Shown one piece after another: positions 1 through 11,134 of a DNA stretch of 64,000 nucleotides. The first letter of the stretch is position 1, and each line of letters opens with the position of its first letter. Where the stretch lies: NCBI RefSeq assembly GCF_009914755.1, contig NC_060925.1; one strand, given 5' to 3'. The notes under the pieces were generated by a model. It saw only the letters and a list, made by a program, of their open reading frames with translations, was not told where the DNA came from and ran no database searches. The DNA is from the human T2T-CHM13v2.0 reference genome, Homo sapiens. Position numbers and translations under genes: made by a program.

Positions 1-143
1 CCCATCTAATTTTTGTATTTTTTGGTAGAGATGGGGTTTCACCATATTGGCCAGGCTGATCTCAAACTCCTGACCACAAGTGATTCTCCTGCCTCAGCCT
101 CCCAAAGTGCTAAGATTATAAGAATGAGGCCACCGTGCCCGGG
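1..143 (-). mobile_element. Alu, left-arm portion (cut by window edge)
   Basis: Antisense Alu text TTTTTGTATTTTT..GTAGAGATGGGG..GCCTCCCAAAGTGCT..CCACCGTGCCCGG. Confidence 0.9.
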
Positions 144-276
144 CCTTTAGTTTTCTTTTGAAATGCTTTATTCCTCAGATTTGGGTATCAGTATTATGCT
201 TGCTTCAAAAAATAATTGGGGAAACTTCCTCTCACTCTGTGCTTTGGAGCAATATAAGAATTATCTGGTTCTTAGA

Positions 277-850
277 AATCCATTTGATCCAGCAATCCCA
301 TTACTAGGTATATACCCAAAGGATTACAAATAATTCTACTATAAAGACACATGCACACGTATGTTTATTGCAGCACTATTTACAATAGCAAAGACTTGGA
401 ACCAACGCAAATGTCCATCAATGATAGACTGGATAAAGAAAATATGGCAAATATACACCATGGAATGCTATGCAGCCATAAAAAAGGATGAGTGCCTGTC
501 CTTTGCTGGGACGTGGATGAAGCTGGAAGCCATCATTCTCAGCAAACTAACACAGGAACAGAAAACCAAACACCACCTGTTGTCACTCATAAGTGGGAGT
601 TGAACAGTGAGAACACATGGACACAGGGAAGGGAACAACACACACCAGGGCCTATCAGGGGGTTGGGGGCAAGTGGAGGGAGAGCATTAGGACAAATACC
701 TAATGCACGTGGGGCTTAAAACCTAGATGACGGGTTGATAGGTGCAGCAAACCACCATGGCGCATGTATACCTATGTAACAAACCTACACGTTCTGCACA
801 TGTATCCCAGAACTTAAAGCAAAATTTAAAAATAATTTAAAATTTTTAAA
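277..850 (+). mobile_element. L1PA 3' end, 5'-truncated (ORF2 C-terminus, 3'UTR, A-rich tail)
   Basis: ORF 361-603 [22 protein letters not shown] is the L1 ORF2 C-terminus; canonical L1PA 3'UTR; possible TSD ATCTGGTT(C/A)TTA on both sides. Confidence 0.93.
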
Positions 851-2533
851 AAAATCTGGTTATTAATGGCTTTATACAGTGCATCCAACAAAATCCACTG
901 AACCCTGTTTTCTCTACTCTTTAACAGCCACACTCAGTGGTCAGCACAGACTCATCTTTAGAATCCTTCTTAATGCAGCACTCCTCAAAACCATTAAGTG
1001 ACAAGCGTGGATTAGCTAATTTATTTTCAATCTTTCTGCTACATTATGAAATTAATTTGACTTGGATTATTTTCTGTATATGTCTTTGAACACATCCCAT
1101 AGATTTTCATATATGATTATCCCACTTCTAATAATTTCTAAATAGTCTTTGACTTTTATTTTCTCCTCAACCTATTAGTTTTTTATTTAGTACACTATCC
1201 ATATAAAGTAATATGTAAGGAAACATACGATATAGGTCACTAGTAAAGTTTCTAAAATAATTAAACCCTCACCTCTTGCCCTCAGTACATCCTTGTTTAA
1301 ACCTCTGTTGCTCCAAAATGAAAACTCTTTCAGGATAAGTTGAGGAAATTACCCACTTACTTACTTCTCAAGAGGCTCCCTACTTACCTGCTATGCAAGT
1401 CTGATTAGTTTGGTTTCAGTGTGGTTCCCTGTGTTTCACACACTCCAGAAGTTCTACATTTCTTATATGTCAATGGTATAAAAAGTAGCCTTTTCTCTCT
1501 TTTCCAGTAGTCCTACAGCGGTTTTCTTTTTTTTACCATTTTTATTCTTTCAATGGACTGTAAGAGGGGTAGGCAGAGGAGGAGATGTAAGTACATAGGC
1601 TCCAGATAAAAACCTAAAAGCAGAAATCCACAATGTGTTTTTCTTTCGGAGTCCTTATCAACTGACTCGACTCTTAAGGTTTTCCTATTTGTTTTCCTCT
1701 TCTTGAACTTCGGTACATTGTCTAAACTGATAATTTTGCATGTTATATAACTGCTATAATAGATTTCAGCATTTGAATCCAAATAATGCAATAGTGCATT
1801 ATTAGAAGTACGGAAATCCAGAGCTTAAGTGTAGTAAAAGTATGAAGAAAGTTGTTTTCTATAATTATGAAAGATTTAAAACCATTAGGGAATGTTCTGT
1901 CCTCTAAAATCTGTACTGTGTTAGGCCTCGGTCCATTTGCCTGACAGAAGCTATAAAGAGATAACTAACCTATTATATAATGGTTGAAAATGGAAACTCT
2001 TTAAAAGTCTCAGAAATAAGCTACTTTTATATTTGATTTTATTAATTATTAAATTAATTAAGATGTATAGCTTCATTCAAATATATATTACAAAAGATAG
2101 AAAAATGAGAATAAATAATAATGTCATCTGATTTTTTAATCCTGTGGAGTATTTTTAAATGTTGTTACTAGAGGAAAGATGAGATCATCCACATTTTAAT
2201 AATGCTTAAATGAATAGCCTATATATCACTGCCTTGTCAATTTTCCCCTTGATTTGAACCTCTGTTAAGTAAACAAACAAAGTGTTCCATTTACAACAGG
2301 TAAGAACCATTCTTTAAAAAAAAAATAAGTTCTGTCTTAAATCTCAAATAGAAAGAAACTAATAAAAAAGAAAATTAACTTGTAAACAATGCAAAATTCA
2401 GTGTTAATATGGAAACCTTATAAAATTGCAAACAGAATTTAATTATGAAATCATGAACATATGAACCTCTGAACCAAGTAACACTGATACAGATAGCAGA
2501 CTCCCTAGAAAAGTAATCATTCATTCATACTTC

Positions 2534-3506
2534 TGTAACCAAGTATCCTAATTTTTCTAAGAAAAAAAGAAACAGTATTTTTTAATTATTTTCTCTTCTT
2601 TCCTCTTTTCTCCATTTCTCCCTATCTCCCACTTTCCACTCAGCCTTTTAGAAATGAAAGGGTAACCTTTTACCTTCCCTTCACCAGATACTCCCTACAG
2701 GGCAAGTTGATCTAACGATGTGCTTAGAAGCTCCAGAACAGAACTCTCACCCACCAGTAGGTTGGTAATAGTCGATTTACAACCCAAAGTCCTGCTACAA
2801 AACTCTCTCTCACCTGGAGAGTTGGCCACCTTTACAACCTATTTCTGCCCATGAAGACACCAACTCGACTGCCCAGTAGATAAGGCACCAAGCTGGCAAT
2901 GGAGTCCCCACCTGTTTACTACTACTCCTGTGTGCCATTCATGATAGACTCTCTTTAAAAGCACCCACTGTCACACGTGTCCATGTGAAGAGACCACCAA
3001 ACAGGCTTTGTGTGAGCAATAAAGCTTTTTAATCACCTGGGCACAGGTGGGCTGAGTCCGAAAAGAAAGTCAGTGAAGGGAGATGGGGTGGGGCCATTTT
3101 ATAGGATTTGGGTAGGTAGTGGAAAATTACAGTCAAAGGGAGTTGTTCTCTGGCTGGCAGGGGTGGGGGTCACAAGGTCCTCAGTGGGGGAGCTTTTAAG
3201 CCAGGATGAGCCAGGAGAAGAAATTTCACAAGGAACAGGTCATTTTCACTTCTTTTGTGATTCGTCAGTTACTTCAGGCCATCTGGATGTATACATGCAG
3301 GTCACAGGGGATATGATGGCTTAGCTTGGGCTCAGAGGCCTGACACCCACTTTCTGCTCCAAAGACAAAGCAGTACCCTTAAGGCAGGAAGCCTGTACTT
3401 CTTCCCTGAGCTAGCTTTGGAATAAAAAGTCACTTTGTTTATACCAGACCTCCCTCTTGTTAATTGGACTCTGCAAGCAGTGAGCAACTGAACTGAGTTT
3501 GTAACA
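2534..3506 (+). mobile_element. ERV1-class solo LTR (subfamily not determined), split by an LTR7 insertion
   Basis: TGTAACC...GTAACA termini, TTTAAAA TATA-like element near 2954, AATAAA at 3421. Confidence 0.7.
2969..3345 (-). mobile_element. LTR7-family (HERV-H) solo LTR
   Basis: Reverse complement starts TGTCAGGCCTCTGAGCCCAAGCTAAGCCATCATATCCCCTGTGACCTGCA; exact 5-bp TSD CCCAC at 2964-2968 and 3346-3350. Confidence 0.92.
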
Positions 3507-3509
3507 CTG

Positions 3510-4849
3510 TCATCCATCCATTCCCTCAGCAATGGCTGAGTATCCTCTGTGTATGTGCCAACATACAAAAATAAACACAATAACTAACAGTGTAGTCAGA
3601 GGTACTGACAAGACACTAGGCAATTGCAATTCATTACGGTAAATAAATTGATAGGTGCTGTGAGAATTGATAGGTGCTGTGAGAACATGTAGGAGAGGCA
3701 TCTCACTCAGATGTGTTAGTGGAGGGAGGAAAAGTCTCCAGGAGAGAAAGTTTATTTAAGCAATACCTGAAGGAGTATGAATAATATAGAAGTTAGTCAG
3801 ATGAAGAATGGGATGAATAAGAAAAAGGTCCAAGACAGAGGAACAGGAAGCATGGCATGTAGAAGGAACTAAAACAATTTAATAGGATAATAGCATAGAG
3901 ATCAAGGCAGAGGCACTAAAAGATAAGGCTGGGAAGGCATTCAGGGGCCAGATATAAAGACTTTTGTAATTCAAATTAAGGAATTTAGAACTTAAGGGCA
4001 ATGAAAAGCCATTAGTGGTTTTAAGAAGAAAAGGAACAATGATAAGTGTTTTAGTAAAATCATACTGACTGAAAAATACATAATTTAGAAAAAAAAGATG
4101 AAGATTAGAAGTCTTGCTTCAATTCATAACAGAGATAAGGACAGAATTAGAAAAGTGAAAATGGAAGTGGAGAGAAGGAGAAGTTCATATTTAAGAGTAA
4201 AATTCAGCCTGGACAACATAGTGAGACCCCATCTCTAAAACAATATTTTTTTTAAATTAGCCAGGTGTGGTGGCATGCACCTGAAGTCCCAGCTACTCCA
4301 CAGGCTAAGGTGGGAGGATGGCTTGAGCCCAGGATTGCAGTGAGCAGTGATTGTGCCACTGCACTCCAGCCTGGGTGACAGAAGGAGACTCTGTCTCAAA
4401 AAATATTTTTTTAATTTAAAAAAAAATTGTAAAAAGAAATATAACTTTTTTTTACAAAGTTTTAAATTTGTATAATGGGCAGAAATAAGCAGGATAGATT
4501 CAATATGGGATTAGGAGAGGGTAGGATTCAAAGGTGACTACTCTCTCCCTCCCGTTTTTTGTCTCAGGTGTGGTACCATTCACTGAGACACAGAACAAAG
4601 GCAAAGAAACAGATTTAGGGGCAAGGATAGGAAATGCTAAATGCTGTGGGGTTTTTCTTTTGAACTGCCTTTTTGTCATCTAAGTGAATCAAGTTAGGAC
4701 AGTGAGCTGTAAGGGTCTGAGATGAGCAGAGATCAGCACAAGGATTCGTCAGTATACAGATCACACCTGAATTTATGGGAGTGGATAGTAAATCTGCAGA
4801 ACAAAAAGAGAAGACATCTAAGGAACTTCAACAGTTGAGCGACAAATAA
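3510..4849 (-). mobile_element. L2 LINE remnant, interrupted by an Alu
   Basis: Antisense L2 3' tail (TCATTCATTCA/CATCCATCCATTC..TGAGTATCC..TGTGCCA) followed by typical purine-rich L2 antisense body. Confidence 0.65.
4206..4402 (+). mobile_element. Alu (old, partial)
   Basis: AGCCTGGACAACATAGTGAGACCCCATCTC..CACTGCACTCCAGCCTGGGTGACAG. Confidence 0.85.
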
Positions 4850-4955
4850 GATTATATCTCAACATGAGATTTGGAGGGCACATCCAAACTATCACACACA
4901 CCGTCTCATTGACAACAAATTGTAGGAATTTTAAAAATTCCACTTATTTCTACCT

Positions 4956-4989
<34 letters not shown>
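4850..4989 (-). repeat. Inverted copy of about 6851-6982 (local duplication)
   Basis: Reverse complement aligns by eye at ~90% to the Alu-tail/flank/MST-LTR junction at 6851-6982. Confidence 0.9.
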
Positions 4990-4990
<1 letters not shown>

Positions 4991-6567
4991 GGGAAGATTG
5001 AAGGGAGACAACCTCTTCCCAAATAGAAAGAAATTTCTAGAAACATTTCCTGGCTTAGACATAAGAAACCTATGGAGAAAATTTTCCTGACCACCTTAAA
5101 CTCACAGCTCTGCTAAGCCTTTAAATTCTCATAACCATCATCACTTATCCTCTTCTCTACCCTCCCCCAAAACACATATACTCACAAACACACTTCCTTA
5201 TTTTCATGAACCTGTGTTCTTGACTGCTTCTCTCTTTCAAATCAAAGAGCAGTCTATTAAGGAGGTCTATTTATATGCTACATGGCAAAAAGAAACCCTA
5301 ATATTTATTTTTTTTTAAAAAAGGGGGGATCAGAAGGATAGAAGTCATGTGGGAAAAACAAGTTATTAAAAAATGAAAAAATAAGAAAAAGTAAATAAAT
5401 TAAAAAGGGGCTTCACAAAGCATAGACAACTTCCTCCAGACACTCTTTATGTTTTATCAGTCATCTGCCAGCCCAGGAAGGAATCATGGTGTTCCCCAAG
5501 AGGCAGGACAGCCAGGAGCTGTCCACCTCAGATATGGAAATGAGAAAATAAAAAACAAAATGTCATGTTGGCTGAAATTCTGGAGCTCTTAATTGCTGCT
5601 GGTATTTCAGGACAAGACGTAATGGCTTATCAGCTTTTGGCAAGGTAATAGGTTTTGGAAAGACTTGGTCCACCATTCCTTGCTATCTTGACATCAGTGT
5701 TGATTTATTCTTTCAGGAAAACTCTACAATCAATAAAAATAAAATAAAACATACTAGAAAAAGTATCTCAGCCCTTCCAAAGATGAAGTATTCACACCAG
5801 CTTGAACCCCACTGATTCAGGATATGGATTCTATTCACACATTTCCTCCTCTTTAAAGAAGAAACTGAGGCCTATAGCTATAAAGAGTTCCCTGGAATCC
5901 TGCAGTTATTCAGCACTAGGCCTTGCTGCATCAGCATCTTGGACACCTAAGTTGTGGCTTTGCCCATAGGACAGTATGTGCTGTGGAGGGTCACTCCTAA
6001 CCTGGTCAACAGAGTGCAGTCATTTCAGAATACATGTGTAGCCATCTCTGGGTTGGCGTTTATTGTGATCTCATCTCTGTCAGCTCAAGTATCCCAGCTT
6101 TTCTTGACAGTGGCTGCTGAAGTGAGCCATATAAACAGAAGAAATTGGTGACTATATCAGCTCCTGTTCTATATCCTACTTTCAGAAAACCTACAGGCCC
6201 CCTGAGGATCATGACTTCATGAAAAGGCAATCAAATGAGACTTTGACATCTCACAGTCAGGGTGAACTTTTGAAAATGTAGATTGGATAACTGCTCCCCA
6301 GTGACTCTCTGGTGCATCTGCCGTTACCATGGGCAGAAAAGACCAGGCTTATAACACAGGTTATAAGACAAGGGTAAGAAATATGTGGGCCAGAGCCAAG
6401 GCTGGAGCTGCACTTGCCCATATCAGCTGACCTCAGCACACATGAGGGAGCTCAGCCAGACCTGCAGAGCCATACAGCCCAGCCCAGCCTGGCCTTGCCA
6501 AAACCAGTGGGCCCCACAAAGAGTTGCAACTTACTTCACCAATTTCACCTTTTAAAATGAAGGAAGA

Positions 6568-6865
6568 GCTGGGCACAGTGGCTCACATCTGTAATCCCAG
6601 CACTTTGGGAGACTGAGGCAGGAGGACCCTTGAGCTCAGGAGTTCAAGACTAGCCTAGGTGACATAGCAAGACCTTGTCTCTACTAAAACTCAAAAAATT
6701 TAGCCAGGCGTGGAGGCTTACACCTATGGTCACAGCTGCTCAGGAGGCTGAGGAGGGAGGATCACCTGACCATAGGAAGTTGAGGCTGAAGTGAGCCATG
6801 AACGTGCCACTGCACTCCAGCCTGGGTGACAGAGCCAGATGCTGTCTCCAAGAAAAAAAAAAAAA
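6568..6865 (+). mobile_element. Alu, full length
   Basis: GCTGGGCACAGTGGCTCACATCTGTAATCCCAGC.. through A tail. Confidence 0.92.
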
Positions 6866-6935
6866 GAAGAAGAAGGTAGAAATAAATGGAATTTTAAAAA
6901 TTCCTACCAATTTGTTGTCAATGAGATGGTGTGTG

Positions 6936-7330
6936 TGATATAGCTTGGATGTGCCCTCCAAATCTCCTATTGAAATATAATCCCCAGTGTTGGAGGTAGG
7001 GCCTGGTGGAAGGTATTTCGATCATGGGGGCAGATCTCTCATGGCTTGGTGCTGTCCTCACCATAGTGACTTAGTTCTTAGAAGATCCAATCGTTTAAAA
7101 ATGTGTGGAACCTCCCCTCCCTCCCTCTCCCTCTTGTTCCTGTTTTGACCGCGTGACGTGCAAGCTCCCACTTTGCCTTCTGCTATAAGTAAAAGCTCCC
7201 AAGACATCACCATAAGCAGTCGCAGTACTATGCTTCCTGTACGGCCTGCAGAACCATGAGCCAATTAAACCTCTTATAAATTACCCTAGTCTCAGGTAAT
7301 TATTTATAGCAATGCAAGAATGGCCTGATA
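6936..7330 (+). mobile_element. MST-family (ERVL-MaLR, MSTB-like) solo LTR
   Basis: TGATATAGCTTGGATGTGCCCTCCAAATCTC..CCTGCAGAACCATGAGCCAATTAAACCTCTT..TTTATAGCAATGCAAGAATGGCCT. Confidence 0.85.
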
Positions 7331-7335
7331 AAGTG

Positions 7336-7634
7336 ATTTTTAGAGAAAGGTTCTCACTCTGTTGCCCAGGCTAAAGTGCAGTGACACAATCATAGTTCAC
7401 TGAGGTCTCAAACCCCTGGGCTCAAGCGATCCTTCCATCTCAGCCTCAGAATAGCTAGTACAATGGGAAAACATCACTGTGCCCAGCTAATTTTCATTTG
7501 TTTGTTTGTTTCTTTGTAGAGACAGTGTCTCGCTATGTTGCCCAGCCTGATCTAGAACTCCTGGGCTCAAGCAAGCCTCCCACCTTGGCCTTCCAAAGTA
7601 CTGGGATTACAGGTGTGAGTTACCAAGCCTGGCC
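7336..7634 (-). mobile_element. Alu (AluJ-like)
   Basis: Antisense Alu with CTGGGCTCAAGC(G/A)A diagnostic in both arms. Confidence 0.88.
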
Positions 7635-7875
7635 AAGACTGAGTTGTTAAATTCAGCTGAACAAAGCCTGGGTCCCCCACTTCCTAGGGATCAGCCCCTG
7701 TGAGGAAAGCTGCATCAGCATCTAATACCCTCAAAGATGATCATTCTGAAAAGAAATATCTTGAAGGGCTTCTGCATCATCAAACATTTCACCACATGCA
7801 AAAAGAGTTTGAAAAAATTGAGTTTTCCTGGCTCATAATTGGACAGTACAGTCTGGAGGTGTGAAAACTTTTTAA

Positions 7876-8209
<334 letters not shown>

Positions 8210-8425
8210 ATTTCTTCCTTTGTTTTTAAAGGCATAATTGGTGAAGTAAGTTGAAATCCTTTGTAGGGTCCTCCATAATCTTTTCCCCACTTGTGTTCTG
8301 CCCTCTCTGTGAATAGTCAAGGCCAGCCAGACATGAAGAGGCTCTGAGAATAAGAAGTTTTTGGTGCTCTGTGGCTAAAATGATCCAGGGCCACAAAAAG
8401 AAAAGTTTATTTAAGAGAAAGAGAA

Positions 8426-8602
8426 GCCAGGTGCAGGGGTGCAAACCTCCTCCTAGTTACTCAGGAAGCTGAGGTGGGAGGATTGTTTGAGCCCAGTTTG
8501 AGGTTGTAGTATGCTATGATGGTACTTGGGAATAGCCATTGCACTCCAGCCTGGGCAACATAGCAAGACCCTGTCCCTAAAAAAAAAAAAAAAAAAAAAA
8601 AA
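8426..8602 (+). mobile_element. Alu monomer (FRAM/FAM-like) with poly(A)
   Basis: Single arm ending GCACTCCAGCCTGGGCAACATAGCAAGACCCTGTC plus A-run. Confidence 0.8.
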
Positions 8603-8789
8603 TAGAAGGAGAAGAATTAGCCAGTAATTTACTGTATTTATTCTTTCTCTCTCACCTCCACTGAAATCTACCAGGCACTGATTTGGTTCCAGGCAGAATA
8701 CTCTCTGGTGCTCTATGATGGTCCACGAGACCTGACAAACTGAAGTGCCTCACAACAGCCTAGGGGATCACAGAGGGTCTGTTCATAGC

Positions 8790-9437
8790 CATGATGCTCA
8801 GTGTTGCAGTGGTTCTAGGGGACACTGTGCCCACCAGTGGCAGCCCTGCCAGAGGACTTTCAACCAGATCCTGATACCCATGGATTGCTGTGGAAGATGG
8901 TGTTACTTATAGTCATGGTCAGATTTTTAATAATTAAAGGCCTATCTTATGCAAGTAAAGACAAAGAACTAGCCACTGATATTTCTGTTCTTCTAGAGGA
9001 AATACTTTCAAATTTTTTACACATTTAACCTTATTCAAAAATAACATGAAGGCCTTGAATTAACTTTAATGGAATCCATGCTCAAAAACAAACTATCGGA
9101 AATGGAAAAACTGGAAGGCATTAAAAAAGAGCTGAAAATCTCCAACTCTTTGCTTGGACTTAGAATACATTCTTTTAGAAAAGGACTTAGCAAAGAGTGA
9201 CCTGAACATTTAGAACAAGTTGAACCTGACATTACAAGAAATATCCAGAAGATTTATCAAGCAAAATAATAGACAATGCATTAAAGACACATTGAATTTC
9301 AAGTAGCTACAAGCAAACAGCCTTCAAAATATATCAGAAGACTGAAGAACAACTTCAGACAGCACTGAGGAGATGCTTCAGATGAAAATTCCTATATTAT
9401 GAGAAGTATAAAACTGTCTTCACAAGAAACTAAGGAG
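8790..9437 (+). pseudogene. CTAGE/MIA2(cTAGE5)-like processed pseudogene, 5' segment
   Basis: Frameshifted translations VAALPEDFQPDPDTHGLLWKMVL, KDKELATDISVLLEE, ELKISNSLL..PEHLEQVEPDITRNIQ, AFKIYQKTEEQLQTAL..DENS are collinear with cTAGE5 VAALPEGMRPDSNLYGFPWELV, REKKLALMLSGLIEE, KLNRSNSEL..SKHSEQDELMADISKRIQ, TFKIFQMNEERLKIAI..NENS (recalled); intronless, many stops. Confidence 0.8.
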
Positions 9438-10444
9438 GTTTGGAGTGCTCTGACTCTAACAGCAGCATAGGCGGCCCTCTGCCTATGCTTGGCGTTGATG
9501 TACATTGTTTCCATAAAAAGAACTGACTGCGTTAGAATGAAAGGAAGCTATCTGTGCAGACCTGTCTTTAGAACCTTTGAAGATAATAAAATAATATTTG
9601 ATTCTATGGTGATATTCTCTAGATGAAGCTATGGTGAAAAATGTTTTGGAAAGGAAAAAAAAAAAAAAACAGACACCGTAGTAGCAGTTCCCAAAGTGGT
9701 GAAATCAGTACTAAGAGCAAGTCTGTAGATTCTAGCCTTGGGGGCCTTTCATAGTCCAGCCCTGCGGCCAGCCTCAATACAGATTCCACCAAGAGCTCAG
9801 AATAAAGCAACAATAATTCAAATACGTGTGCAGAATTTCAAATAAAATATGTTGGTGCCATTAAGACACTGAAACTCTCTGAGAGAAGATGTCTTAAAGG
9901 GCCACTAGACCTGATAAATTATATAGATGTTGCCCAGCAAGATGAAAAGTTGCCTCTTGTTCCTCTGGAGGAAAAATTTATAATGGGAGTTTCCAAATAT
10001 AATACAAGTATCAACATCAGATCAGTATGATATTTTGTATAGGCATGTTCTATATTTAATCATCTGGATGGTGTGTTATGATGATGGTCTGGGGTGGAAA
10101 AACACTTATTGGCTCTGAAGAACACAGATGCAAGCAGTGATGAATACAGCCTGTGAGTTCATCAGTGCAACCAGCTGGAACAAACATAAGCAATTTGAAA
10201 AGTTCTATCTGCCACTTTCTATCTGTATTAACATCTGAGAAATGTTGAATCCTGCAAACCAAGTGAAAGTCAATTTATCTGAAAGTTCAGCTGTGTTCAA
10301 AACAGTTTTTTTAATATGCAATGTTGTACTATTATGGAAATATGAAGTGATCCCTTTTCTGGATTTTCTTAAGAAAATGCAATAAATAAAATATTGATCA
10401 TTTGTTTTTAAAATAAGATGTTTTGTATTAAACAGTGGGAAAAA
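9438..10444 (+). pseudogene. ITGB1BP1 (ICAP-1) processed pseudogene; decayed CDS 9641-10248
   Basis: [79 protein letters not shown] matches ICAP-1; no introns; internal stops and frameshifts; 3'UTR with AATAAA 10381, ATTAAA 10427, short A-tail and TSD. Confidence 0.93.
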
Positions 10445-10458
10445 AAGAAGCTAAAGAG

Positions 10459-11134
10459 TGGATAGAAAGATGAGCAAACTTAGTAATCAGGAAAATAAAG
10501 TTTAAAAAAAGTAGTGCATATGGAATAAGTTTTAAATGATAAAGTCAGATCCACCATTTGCTAAAGATGACAGATCAGCCTGCTGTTGATGAAGAAGAAA
10601 ACACGAACAGTGGAATCCTGAAATTAGATATAATGGATGCATCAGAGTATGGGTACTTGTAAAAATAAATCCAAAAGAATTCTGAAAAAATATGACTAAT
10701 GTTGTGTAGTTAAATACAGCTCATCTAGGCTGGGCTAGGCCAAGTGGCTATCCTGGCTTCAGCTGGGCTTGTTTTCAAATTTATTTTAGAAACTCTTAAC
10801 CAGATGTTCACTGTAAATTAACTGAAGGAGATAAAATAGTTGACGCACTGAAAAATTATAAGTCTCCAAGTAAGAAATCTTCACTACAATCAGAAATGGG
10901 GGGAAATGCAGTCAGAGAGGGAGAGACAAAAGCTCCAGTGGCAACTTTAAGTCCTTCCTACAGTGCACTGAGAAAAGAAATGTTTTCACCAAATATCTAA
11001 CGTGGAGATAATTCACTCTGTAAAGATAGTGAAGAAGCCTACTAAAAAAGATTAAAAGATTAACACGTAAAGAGCTGTACATTTCCAAAACATTTTTGAG
11101 GAAGAACATAAATATTTGGGAAAGTAACTTCATT
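10459..11134 (+). pseudogene. CTAGE/MIA2-like processed pseudogene, 3' continuation (ends at an L1)
   Basis: EAKEW..[57 protein letters not shown] follows cTAGE5 EAEVW..[60 protein letters not shown] (recalled). Confidence 0.78.

Noticed and set aside
5600-5920. TBPL1- or DCAF17-like peptide snippets (FRTR, LQLFST)
   Set aside because: Matches are too short and spacing does not fit; no parent gene assigned.
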